Positions 9,019 through 17,994 are shown, counted from the first letter of the stretch. The stretch: DNA of 64,000 nt from an uncultured virus (IMG/VR IMGVR_UViG_3300042934_000632) (IMGVR_UViG_3300042934_000632), one strand, 5' to 3'. Numbers and translations are program-made. The notes: generated by a model not told the origin, from the sequence alone.

Positions 9019-9981
9019 ATGGATTTTGAATTGAAAAATAACTTCGTATTGGATGTAAAAGCAAATGAACCAAAACATTTTGTACTGATCGGTTGCGGCG
9101 GTAATGGCGCATATTTCATTCGGGACTTCATTCGTCAAGTTGCTATTCAAAACATGCAAATGTCTATGTCTTTGGATAAACGTTCGCACTGCGTTACTGT
9201 TATCGATGCCGACGAAGTTGAAGACAAGAATTTGACTCGTCAAAACTTCGTACAGAAGGACGTCGGATCTAATAAATCACAGATTCTTGCAAATCGTTAC
9301 GGTTCAGCTTTCGGCGTACCGATTCGGTATGTGCCCGAATATATTCAGAACGAAGAGCATCTTTTGTCTATCATTCAGGGACAACCAGGAACGCCTGTCA
9401 TCCTCGGAGCTGTCGATAACAATAAGACCCGTAAGATCATCTATGATACCTATAAGAAGCTCAGCGGAGCCTTCTGGATCGATGCTGGTAACGAGCAATA
9501 TGCAGGCCAGGTTGTTTGTGGGTATAACTACCCTAGCGCACCTGACACAAGCAAAGCTCGGGAACCTCATCAGTTCTATATGCCTTGTGCAATTGATATT
9601 TATCCTGAAATCGCTGAAGCAACAGATAAACTTCCTGGTGAATTGTCCTGCGCAGAACGTTCAGTATCTGCACCGCAGAACATTTTCACAAATATCACAG
9701 CTGCAACAATCATGATGGGATTTGCGAATATCATTCTCACCGCATCGAATGTTGCTGAAGGCGAAGGACTTCGCTGTCATGCTGTAACTTTCAATACTCA
9801 TAATACCATCGCTCAGACTACTCGATTGAATCATGAAGATTTATTAGCTGCACGCTATGTAGCTCCTCCTGTAGCTGAAGCACCAGAAGCTCCAGTCCCT
9901 ACACCAGCGGTGAAGAAACCTGCATCCAAGAAAAAGAAAGCTCCTGCATCCGCTGCTCCTGTTCCTGCACCAACAGCATAA
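9019..9981 (+). CDS. ThiF/E1-like adenylyltransferase (PRTRC type)
   Basis: LIGCGGNG, DADEVEDKNLTRQ, GAVDN..TR, WIDAGN, LSCAE. Confidence 0.9.
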   Translation: MDFELKNNFVLDVKANEPKHFVLIGCGGNGAYFIRDFIRQVAIQNMQMSMSLDKRSHCVTVIDADEVEDKNLTRQNFVQKDVGSNKSQILANRYGSAFGVPIRYVPEYIQNEEHLLSIIQGQPGTPVILGAVDNNKTRKIIYDTYKKLSGAFWIDAGNEQYAGQVVCGYNYPSAPDTSKAREPHQFYMPCAIDIYPEIAEATDKLPGELSCAERSVSAPQNIFTNITAATIMMGFANIILTASNVAEGEGLRCHAVTFNTHNTIAQTTRLNHEDLLAARYVAPPVAEAPEAPVPTPAVKKPASKKKKAPASAAPVPAPTA

Positions 9982-9993
9982 CTGAATAAAAAA

Positions 9994-10461
9994 ATGAAGG
10001 GGGAGGCGACTCTCCCTTGTACATATTATATTGAAGGAGGCGCTATGATGCTTGAATTTGGTAACCGTCGGCGAATAGTCCGACTTGAAAATAAAGTAAT
10101 CGAACTGTTGAAAGAAAACAAAGAGCTTCAAAAAAGTTTAAAGGAAAAAAGAAAGTTCTACGATCCTCAATGGGGAAAAGAAATCACCGTCTCTCCTTAT
10201 GTATTTGAAAGGTATATCAAACATATAGGCCGACCCACTCTTGGAGGATACCTGGTATATTGTGAAGATGGTACTTCTTATACGGTAAATATCGACGAAG
10301 AAATGAGTGACGGATATATCCGTTTTGAACAAGCTTTTGAAGAACCACACGGGGAATGTAAATATTGTTCTAAATTTTTTAAACTTTTTGATGGGTACCC
10401 GAAAGATAGTCCTGATTTTTGTAGCCATGACTGCTATAATCGTTTCTTAAAGGAGACTTAA
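9994..10461 (+). CDS. hypothetical protein with C-terminal CxxC...CxxxC (start probably ~10045)
   Basis: CKYC...FCSHDC; GGAGG before the ATG at 10045. Confidence 0.6.
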   Translation: MKGEATLPCTYYIEGGAMMLEFGNRRRIVRLENKVIELLKENKELQKSLKEKRKFYDPQWGKEITVSPYVFERYIKHIGRPTLGGYLVYCEDGTSYTVNIDEEMSDGYIRFEQAFEEPHGECKYCSKFFKLFDGYPKDSPDFCSHDCYNRFLKET

Positions 10462-10462
10462 C

Positions 10463-10768
10463 ATGAAAGTCCTACTTCCTAATGGAAATTGGCCTTATAG
10501 TTTTAGACCTCAATTACCGTGTGCTGTCTTGATGACTATTCAATATGAACAGAAAATTTATCATCTTATTCATAGATCAAATTATAATCCTATTTCCTAT
10601 TCGGGTCTTTTACCTAGAGCCCAATTGCTTTACATTGATCCTAATCATACCCACTTACTTACTCTAATCAATTTTTCAGATTTTATGTGGACTGAAGAAT
10701 CAGAGATTGATCTGTTCGAAGAATTTAATAATGAGTATCTATCCCACAAATTACTTACCGATTTCTAG
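10463..10768 (+). CDS. hypothetical protein with a variant C-terminal tag
   Basis: RBS GGAG; ends NNEYLSHKLLTDF. Confidence 0.6.
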   Translation: MKVLLPNGNWPYSFRPQLPCAVLMTIQYEQKIYHLIHRSNYNPISYSGLLPRAQLLYIDPNHTHLLTLINFSDFMWTEESEIDLFEEFNNEYLSHKLLTDF

Positions 10769-11093
10769 GACCAAGAAAGGAATCAGTTTCTGGCTCTTTT
10801 CTTGGTCCTAGAAAAAGATGTTTCCACCTTTTACGACTCTGACATTGCGGAAACAAGAGTTCGTTCACGCGAAGGCTGAACTTATTCTACTTTTTTTCTT
10901 CAACGACAAAATCCCACCTCTCCCCTTTCTATGACTAAACTAGAAAGTGATTACAATGTAACGGCCCGTCCAAAAGGCGTCAGTGGTTTTGTAGGATGCT
11001 ATCCACGAGGGATAGCGGGATCGAGAGAGCACCAGGAAGTTTCGTGGGGACCTGGGTAAAAGTGAAGCATCTTTCTAGAACCAACCAAATGAG

Positions 11094-11417
11094 GTGATCG
11101 TTATGAGTATGGAAGGTATTCTTAAATTCTATCCAGAAGGTTCTATTATCTGGAAAGGAAAACACGATACAAGAGATAATTACTGTTTTATTAAAGTAGT
11201 AAATCGTGAAAGTGGTTGCTCAATCCCTAAAGAATGTTATGAATATTTACACAAAATAGGATTAGGTGAGTTTACTCATGAAGGTAGAAGTTGGCCCTAT
11301 ACGTTGAGTAAAGGCTGGTCTACTATGGTAGATAGTCTCGACGGTATAGAAGTGGTTCCGCCTTTTCATATAAATAATGATACTCTTATCCATATGCTTT
11401 TGGACGAGGAGGATTAA
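11094..11417 (+). CDS. paralogue family A member with C-terminal tag
   Basis: IIWKG...CSIPKECYEYL; ends NDTLIHMLLDEED. Confidence 0.7.
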   Translation: MIVMSMEGILKFYPEGSIIWKGKHDTRDNYCFIKVVNRESGCSIPKECYEYLHKIGLGEFTHEGRSWPYTLSKGWSTMVDSLDGIEVVPPFHINNDTLIHMLLDEED

Positions 11418-11420
11418 TCT

Positions 11421-11762
11421 ATGCGTCCTAATGATTATATTACAAAATATGTTCCTGACGGAGCAATTGTCTGGGCAGGTTTGGACCCAAGTTCTTCATA
11501 CGAAACATATTGCAAGATTTATGTTTACACCTGGAGGGCTTTTGATGAGTGTTATATCCCAGATGAATGTGCCAAATATTTAAAGCGTATGGGACTGCAA
11601 GATTATATTTACCGTGACCCACATTCTAATGGTTATTTAAAAGGCGAATATCGTTTAATGGGTGGATATTATACTTCTTGTGATAGAATGACATATGAAA
11701 CTGTTTATTCTTTTAACAATTCAACTGCTATTACTTTTTTACCAGATTTGGAGGAGCACTAA
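11421..11762 (+). CDS. paralogue family A member with C-terminal tag
   Basis: IVWAG...CYIPDECAKYL; ends NSTAITFLPDLEEH. Confidence 0.7.
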   Translation: MRPNDYITKYVPDGAIVWAGLDPSSSYETYCKIYVYTWRAFDECYIPDECAKYLKRMGLQDYIYRDPHSNGYLKGEYRLMGGYYTSCDRMTYETVYSFNNSTAITFLPDLEEH

Positions 11763-12064
11763 TGAATAGTATAGCTGACTTCTTTCCAGTTAAAAGTGTA
11801 CTTTGGTCGGGGTTGTCACCGATAGTTAATAGTACCTGTCATATCGAAGTTTGTAGTGACCCTTCCCACCACTGCTATATACCTCCAGAATGTGCTAAAT
11901 TTTTAATAAGCATGGGGTATAAAGAATGCATAGTGGAAGATTATTACTCCTGGGAATACGCTTTAAGAGGAGGATTCCATGTAGGTGGCTTAAAAGAACC
12001 AACAGTCACTTTTAAACAAATCTCCAATTCTACTTTTGCAGAATTTTTGAAAGATACTGAATGA
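11762..12064 (+). CDS. paralogue family A member with C-terminal tag
   Basis: VLWSG...CYIPPECAKFL; ends NSTFAEFLKDTE. Confidence 0.7.
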   Translation: MNSIADFFPVKSVLWSGLSPIVNSTCHIEVCSDPSHHCYIPPECAKFLISMGYKECIVEDYYSWEYALRGGFHVGGLKEPTVTFKQISNSTFAEFLKDTE

Positions 12065-12069
12065 AGGTA

Positions 12070-12098
12070 TTGCAACTGTATTGACGTTATGGTACAAT
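12070..12098 (+). promoter_or_regulatory. sigmaA-type promoter
   Basis: TTGCAA-17 bp-TACAAT with extended TG. Confidence 0.65.
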
Positions 12099-12149
12099 CA
12101 TTTTTGTTGAGAAGTGATCGGGAAAATACATTAAAAAGGTGGAGATAAA

Positions 12150-12698
12150 ATGAACCCAGTTCGAGAAGAAAATAAGATTACAATTGCTGAAACCGTTGCT
12201 GTAAAAACCTATATGACACGTCACCTCAGCGAGCTGCAATCGGAGCGTACTCGTGCTGCTACAGAGGAAGTCGATAAAGGCGCTACTGCTGAAATTCCAG
12301 CACGTAACGTTGATGTAATCACAGATGAAATCTGGGAAACGTTCAAAGATATTCGAACTATTGAAAATCTCCTTGAACAAGCCAACATTCAAAATTATGT
12401 TGAATGGGATGGGCAAAAGATCACTGTTAGCGAAGCAATCTCTTTCGCTAAACAAATTCGTAGCCAAATTGATACGCTGAAGAGTCTCGGCCAACGAAAG
12501 AAGATTGATAAGGTTCCAAATCGTCCATTTGGCACAACGGATTCGGTTCCCCAAATTCGTGTGGCTCTTTACGATCCTGATAAATACCGTGAATATGCGG
12601 CAAAGCTGGAACGTCAAGTCAATGCTCTTTCTAGAGACATTGATCACTCGAATCACACGAATTATATCGTGTTTGACGCTTCAAAATATATCGGATAA
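12150..12698 (+). CDS. coiled-coil protein, DIP1984-like family
   Basis: ITIAE...ANIQN...TVSEAI...YDP...IDHSN pattern. Confidence 0.55.
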   Translation: MNPVREENKITIAETVAVKTYMTRHLSELQSERTRAATEEVDKGATAEIPARNVDVITDEIWETFKDIRTIENLLEQANIQNYVEWDGQKITVSEAISFAKQIRSQIDTLKSLGQRKKIDKVPNRPFGTTDSVPQIRVALYDPDKYREYAAKLERQVNALSRDIDHSNHTNYIVFDASKYIG

Positions 12699-12758
12699 TA
12701 TGGAGGTAGACATAATCATCTTCCTCTTTTACGTAACCTGAGCTAGCACTTTGATGCT

Positions 12759-13608
12759 GCTCAGCTTGAAGGATATAACGTTTATACAGTGTTTTCGCTA
12801 TAGACCGTTGACGCCTTAGCTGCTGAGGTTATATGCGATGTACGGCACTCGAAGACCTTGCATCCTTCAAGCTGAGCGAAGAAGATTATACGACGTGCTG
12901 AAGAGTAGCCATATCCGACGCCTGAGCGAACAGGGGCTAGGCTTTGAAATCCCCTGACTCCTAAGACATTAGCGTCCGAATTCTTCTCCCCAGCTTGAAG
13001 AGTATAAGTGGTAGTAGGCCTGGAAGCAGCCATCTTAAGAGTGGGACAGCGGCTATAACTTGCTCCGTGACACTGGGCTAACTCGGGTAGCGGATAAAAG
13101 CATTTTATAGAGAGGAAATAAGGAGGCACCCCGTAACTGGTAAGGCCGACCTTTCCCTTTAGCGTAATAGCACACCATTTATACTTTTCAAGCTGTTTGG
13201 GGAACAGCAATCGTCTATTTCCAGAAAATCAGCCTCTATCATGAGGGAGGAGAGAAATCTCCTCCACAGCTTGAAGCTCCCAAGTTAAATAAAATAGTCG
13301 TTCAAATCGACGGCGTGGGTTATCCTCGCCAGCCATTGGAGGCACTTGGGAGTTACAAGCTGTGGGAACACAGCAGCAGGAAGATGTGAGCAACAGGGTT
13401 CTAGCCAGCTGACCTGGTTAGACGCGTATCGGCGGTGGTTATCCAGCGTGCGAGACACAACCAAACCAACTTGACATTGGTGTTACCTTAGGCAGGTACA
13501 AGAACCAACGTATAAGCGAATAACGGTTGACACCTTACGATAGTCACATCTAACATACTCCTTTGGATATTTCCTTTCGGAAATTCGGAAAAGTCTCTGC
13601 TTCCTGCT
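12759..13608 (+). ncRNA. array of five stem-enclosed structured RNA cassettes
   Basis: closing stems 12759-12774/12862-12877, 12878-12886/12981-12986, 12991-13012/13174-13195, 13264-13285/13344-13365, ~13375-13383/13600-13608; no credible + strand ORF. Confidence 0.7.
13008..13178 (+). ncRNA. 23S rRNA L11-binding (H43-H44) domain-like RNA with internal insertion
   Basis: GTAGGCCTGGAAGCAGCCATCTTAAGAGT...AGCGTAATAGCACAC resembles the rRNA consensus GTTGGCTTAGAAGCAGCCAYCATTTAAAGA..GCGTAATAGCTCAC. Confidence 0.7.
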
Positions 13609-13677
13609 TTATTTTAATATTCTCTAGGGGGACACATGGTGTGTCCTCTTTTCCATTTCTATAAGGCGGTGATATTT

Positions 13678-14073
13678 ATGAATTACCTTGATCCACGAGA
13701 AGGAAAAGAAATCACAGGTAGTACGGGGGAAATCCGCGTCAGACTCGTTGGTGGATCATTTCATGAATCTGCCTTTGCTACTGTTAAAGAGGGGGACGAA
13801 GTTACCCTTCAAAAAGAACCCAAAAATAAATATGACAGATATGCTATTGTAGTGCTCTCTGAAAATAACCGTGTTTTGGGTTATATTGCCAATAGAGTAG
13901 AAACTATTGGGAGAAACAAAGCAACAAATTCCGCAGCGGATGTATATAGACATATCAACGATAGAACATCAGCTATCATAATTGATAAGAGTCCAAGCTC
14001 TGCCGTACTTTTGATTAATGCTTCGAATGAAGTTTTTTTAAATAGATTAAAGGAGGAGAAGTTCGATGATTAA
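13678..14073 (+). CDS. HIRAN domain protein
   Basis: LQKEPKNKYDRYAIVV...LGYI motif. Confidence 0.8.
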   Translation: MNYLDPREGKEITGSTGEIRVRLVGGSFHESAFATVKEGDEVTLQKEPKNKYDRYAIVVLSENNRVLGYIANRVETIGRNKATNSAADVYRHINDRTSAIIIDKSPSSAVLLINASNEVFLNRLKEEKFDD

Positions 14074-14359
14074 TTCTAGATCATCTTCTTTAGTAGAATT
14101 AATAGAGATGTCTCTCTTAGCTAATCACGAAATTCTAGTTCTTTTATCTCGTAACTCTGGTTTTAGTTCACAAGCTGGAGAAAAAGAAGTAGGTCGTATT
14201 TTAAAATCTATTGGTTATATGAACGAACCTTGGTTTAAAGTTGAATGGAGCATCAGAAGAACTACCAACAATTATCCATTAGAGGATCTTATCATTATTT
14301 CTTCAACGGACTTTAATAATGAAAATCTTTCTAAGATTTATCTTAGAGATATGGATTAG
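14066..14359 (+). CDS. paralogue family B member with C-terminal tag
   Basis: WFKVEW...NNYPLEDLI. Confidence 0.65.
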   Translation: MINSRSSSLVELIEMSLLANHEILVLLSRNSGFSSQAGEKEVGRILKSIGYMNEPWFKVEWSIRRTTNNYPLEDLIIISSTDFNNENLSKIYLRDMD

Positions 14360-14373
14360 GAGGTTCGTTCTAT

Positions 14374-14655
14374 ATGATTACAGAAGAAATTATTTTAAGC
14401 CATATTCGTCATGGAAAAGTGATAGAAGTTTTGCTATCTCGATATTCTGAATACGCTGAACAAGCAAAAGAAGATGAAATCGGAAAAATTACTGGCAAAC
14501 TGGATGATGATGGTGATCTTGAAGGTATATGGTTTCAAGTCGAATGGGATTCAGGCGATGTGAATTATTATCATTTATCAGATCTGATTTTCATTAATTT
14601 TTCTACGGATAATTACAGTATGCTTTCTCTTCTCCAAGATATCGACGACGTATAA
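14374..14655 (+). CDS. paralogue family B member with C-terminal tag
   Basis: WFQVEW...NYYHLSDLI; ends NYSMLSLLQDIDDV. Confidence 0.7.
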   Translation: MITEEIILSHIRHGKVIEVLLSRYSEYAEQAKEDEIGKITGKLDDDGDLEGIWFQVEWDSGDVNYYHLSDLIFINFSTDNYSMLSLLQDIDDV

Positions 14656-14795
14656 AGTAAAGTCACAATAGGATTTATACGCTTCGATATAGTCAAGACC
14701 CGTAGTCTATTACTGGGTTGAAGCCACGTAACCTTCCATCGGAAACGTGGCTGTCTATAAATCTGCCGAAGATCCTATTGTGACTTTACTTTATA
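14651..14795 (+). ncRNA. hairpin cassette with UAUAC/CGAA internal loop
   Basis: 25 bp closing stem TATAAAGTAAAGTCACAATAGGATT / GATCCTATTGTGACTTTACTTTATA. Confidence 0.65.
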
Positions 14796-14812
14796 ATAAG
14801 GTGGGAACATTT

Positions 14813-16972
14813 ATGAGAACGTTAGTCCTTACTCGTGGTATAATGGCTTCTTCAAAATCAACATGGATTGCTGAAAATGGTCTTGCACCTTTTACTTTAT
14901 CTAGTGATAACTTGCGTCTACTCCATTCTGCTCCACAGCTTCAAGAAGATGGCAAGCAGGTAATAGCGGGATCGCAAGAAGGTAAGATCTGGAAACTTTT
15001 ATTTGAAGTTTTGGAGCGACGTATGCAAAACGGCGATTTTACCGTCATTGATGCAACACATATTACTTCGAGTTCCATTTCTGAGTATCGTGAACTGGCT
15101 AATAAATATCGTTATCGCGTGTTTGTAGTGGATTTTACTAATGTTCCTTTGGAAATAGCTTTAGAGCGGAATAAAAATCGTGAAGAATATAAGTATGTTC
15201 CAGAACATAAGATTGAAATAGCTTATGCTAAGCTTTCAGAAAATCATGTGCCTTCTTATGCGAAAGTTATTAAACCAGAAGAATTCTGGGATCATGTTTC
15301 ATATACAAAAATTGATTACAGCTCTTATCGCAAAATTCATCATATCGGGGATGTTCATGGATGCTACAGTGCATTAATGACTTACCTTTCAGGCGAAATG
15401 AAGGAAGACGAGTTGTATATTTTTGTTGGTGATTATCTAGACCGCGGCATTCAGAACCGCGAAGTTTTAGAATTCCTCATTCAGATTAAAGACCTTCCAA
15501 ATGTTATTCTTCTTGAAGGTAATCATGAAACTCATCTTCGCAAATGGTCAATGGATGAAACCGTTAAAAGTTTAGCATTCAACCACTATACCGAAAAAGA
15601 GATTCATGATGTTAATAAGTCCGCTGTTCGTGAACTGTGCAGAAAGTTCAGACAGGTTTGTTATTATGAATATTACGGCAAAACAGTGCTCGTCACTCAT
15701 GGAGGCTTATCCTGCATTCCAAACGAACTTGCTTTGATCTCGACTTCTCAATTTATTAAAGGAGTAGGAAATTATGAAGTTGATATTGATGCTATTTTCT
15801 CGGCTTCTGAACAAGATGGAACGTACCAGGTCCATGGTCATCGCAACATCTTCAGACTGCCTATGCAAGCCGCTGAGCGTTCTTTTAACCTGGAGGGTAG
15901 AGTTGAATCAGGAGGAGACTTAAGGGCTCTTACACTAACTCCTGAGGGGTTTCAAGAGCATTGTATCCAGAATCATGTTTTTACAACAGAACATTCTCCA
16001 ATGCCTCCCGTTGTAGGTTCCAAAACAACTACAGACAATTTCATTGAATACCTTCAGTCACACAAAATGGTTAAAGAAACACAGATAACTGATCATATTT
16101 CATCTTTTAACTTTACACGTAAAGCATTCAATGATGGCGTTTGGGATACGCTTAACATCAAGGCTCGCGGCCTTTTTGTGAATAAGCATACTCGAAAGAT
16201 CGTTAGCCGATCTTATGATAAGTTTTTTAATATTGACGAAGTTCCAGCTACAAAGATGGGAACATTAGCCAATACCCTGGAATTTCCTGTGATTTTGTCA
16301 GAAAAACCGAATGGATACCTAGGTATTATCGGGTATGATGAGGAGACAGATGAACTGATCTACTCTTCCAAGTCTGAAACTCGTGGTACTTATGCGGTAT
16401 CATTCAGAAAACTTTTCGAAGAAAAAGTTCCTGTTGAAATACGTGCTTGGCTTAAAGGATATCTTTACGGAAATGACGTGTCGATAACTTTTGAGGTTAT
16501 TCTTCCACAAGAAGATCCACACATCATAGAATATAAAGAGAATACTTTGATCTTACTCGATATTATCCAGCGAAATGTTCAGTTCCAAAAGAGATCTTAT
16601 TCCGAGGTTGTTGAGCTCGCAATGAATCTTCTTCTTCCATATCGTAAAATCAAATATGTCTTCCATAACTGGTTAAGTTTCTATCACTGGTATCAAAACG
16701 CATCTCAAGATTATTCTGTTAAAGAAGAAGGGTATGTCCTTGAAGATAATTCAGGTTTTATGACAAAGATAAAATTACCGTACTATCTTTTCTGGAAGCA
16801 AATGCGTACAGCAAAATTCCAGGTGAAGATGGAGGGCTATATGCTTCCTCAGTGGTTGCCGCCAATTCCTGACGATCTTAAAAATTTCGTTGGGTGGGCT
16901 AAACAGCAAGATCAGGAGTATTTGAAACGCGTGGATGTTATCCAGTTGCGTACAGATTACGAGGGCTCTTAA
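14813..16972 (+). CDS. Pnkp-like RNA repair enzyme: kinase + metallophosphoesterase + RNA ligase
   Basis: RGIMASSKST P-loop variant and IDAT; GDVHG/GDYLDRG/GNHE/HGG/HGH; EKPNG and EGYV...KIK ligase motifs. Confidence 0.85.
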   Translation: MRTLVLTRGIMASSKSTWIAENGLAPFTLSSDNLRLLHSAPQLQEDGKQVIAGSQEGKIWKLLFEVLERRMQNGDFTVIDATHITSSSISEYRELANKYRYRVFVVDFTNVPLEIALERNKNREEYKYVPEHKIEIAYAKLSENHVPSYAKVIKPEEFWDHVSYTKIDYSSYRKIHHIGDVHGCYSALMTYLSGEMKEDELYIFVGDYLDRGIQNREVLEFLIQIKDLPNVILLEGNHETHLRKWSMDETVKSLAFNHYTEKEIHDVNKSAVRELCRKFRQVCYYEYYGKTVLVTHGGLSCIPNELALISTSQFIKGVGNYEVDIDAIFSASEQDGTYQVHGHRNIFRLPMQAAERSFNLEGRVESGGDLRALTLTPEGFQEHCIQNHVFTTEHSPMPPVVGSKTTTDNFIEYLQSHKMVKETQITDHISSFNFTRKAFNDGVWDTLNIKARGLFVNKHTRKIVSRSYDKFFNIDEVPATKMGTLANTLEFPVILSEKPNGYLGIIGYDEETDELIYSSKSETRGTYAVSFRKLFEEKVPVEIRAWLKGYLYGNDVSITFEVILPQEDPHIIEYKENTLILLDIIQRNVQFQKRSYSEVVELAMNLLLPYRKIKYVFHNWLSFYHWYQNASQDYSVKEEGYVLEDNSGFMTKIKLPYYLFWKQMRTAKFQVKMEGYMLPQWLPPIPDDLKNFVGWAKQQDQEYLKRVDVIQLRTDYEGS

Positions 16973-16999
16973 GAGCCCTTTCTCTTAGGAGGTGAGACC

Positions 17000-17419
17000 A
17001 TGTCATATCATTACTATACAACCTCAACAACTTCGACAACTTATAGTGGTTATTACAATACAAGTCAAAGAAAGAAAGCTGCTAAAAAACACAGACCCTT
17101 ATCAGAAGAGTCAGAATTACTATCCATCATGATATCCGACAAATTAAAAAGGAATAAGGAAGTATTCATAAGCCTTAAAATGGATACCCGTATTTTAAGG
17201 GATTTGAATAGGGTCTCTGGGGGTACGATAAATCAGACAACTGTTTTAAAAGTACTCGGTGTTTACGTGAGTTCCTTTGGAAATCATAGCGTTATTACTC
17301 AGCATCCTGACATTTTAGCAGGAAGAGATATTAAAATATCTTTTTGTGATTTGGAACCAAAATTTGTAAATGAATTCGATACGGAAGATATGTTAATCAT
17401 ACTTCCTGATTTTGAATGA
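17000..17419 (+). CDS. hypothetical protein with C-terminal tag
   Basis: RBS AGGAGGTG; ends TEDMLIILPDFE. Confidence 0.7.
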   Translation: MSYHYYTTSTTSTTYSGYYNTSQRKKAAKKHRPLSEESELLSIMISDKLKRNKEVFISLKMDTRILRDLNRVSGGTINQTTVLKVLGVYVSSFGNHSVITQHPDILAGRDIKISFCDLEPKFVNEFDTEDMLIILPDFE

Positions 17420-17424
17420 AGAAT

Positions 17425-17545
17425 CGCCTAATCAAAAGAGCATACTTATTATACGAACTGATTTGCCTGCCCTCGATGGAGGGTCGCTGACAGTAAGTCG
17501 TTGTGCTTACCTGTTCCGAAGTAAGTATGTTCCTTTGATTAGGCG
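17425..17545 (+). ncRNA. hairpin cassette with UAUAC/CGAA internal loop
   Basis: CGCCTAATCAAAAGAGCATACTTAT-TATAC-GAAC...GTTC-CGAA-GTAAGTATGTTCCTTTGATTAGGCG. Confidence 0.65.
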
Positions 17546-17904
17546 CATATGAGACATCTTTACTCATGCTGTTAAGAGATGGCAGCCTTCTCGTAGGTCT
17601 ATCCTCCGAGGAGTACGAATCGGCTTCGTATCGCGTGTTATGTGAACAAGTCGGCTGGCGTGGTGTGCTGGCTTAATTGAATACCCCAAGTTGCCACATG
17701 CGTAAAGAAAGATCTGAGAACCTAATCACGGTGAGGTTATAAGGACCTAGAGCCATACTTGAGCTAATCCCAGGGAACGTAATTCGAGACGGAAGTATGG
17801 AGAGAGCGATCTCCAGAACCCAAGATCGTAAATCGTAGACGGACGAGGCCATGTCATTACTCAATGTGGTCCTGAATCCTTGCCAAAAAACTTTTTCGCT
17901 GATG

Positions 17905-17978
17905 ACAAGATTAACTCAGTTGGTAGAGTAGCCGCCATTATTGGAGGTCAGTCGCAGGTTCAAGTCCTGCATCTTGAA
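17905..17978 (+). tRNA. atypical tRNA-like element (aberrant anticodon arm, no CCA)
   Basis: D-arm ACTC-AGTTGGTA-GAGT, T-arm GCAGG-TTCAAGT-CCTGC, acceptor CAAGAT/ATCTTG. Confidence 0.55.
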
Positions 17979-17994
17979 AGTGGCGAAACATAAG

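Noticed and set aside
13008..13178. Genuine 23S rRNA gene
   Set aside because: Similarity is limited to ~55 nt split by an insert; flanks are not rRNA-like
12759..13365. CRISPR array from the CAGCTTGAAG repeats
   Set aside because: Repeats are only ~10 nt, alternate in orientation and are irregularly spaced; no cas genes
14651..14795. loxP-like recombination sites or MITEs suggested by TATACG and inverted repeats
   Set aside because: Arms differ between copies, contain G-U-type pairs and show no target duplications; better explained as RNA structure
14747..14812. N-terminal extension of the Pnkp ORF
   Set aside because: Lies inside the hairpin cassette; RBS and kinase fold start fit ATG 14813
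17550..17885. tmRNA, RNase P or GOLLD assignment
   Set aside because: Diagnostic terminal or core motifs not recognised; needs cmscan
17905..17978. Ochre suppressor tRNA (TTA anticodon)
   Set aside because: No U33 or 7 nt loop geometry, and genes use TAA as a normal stop
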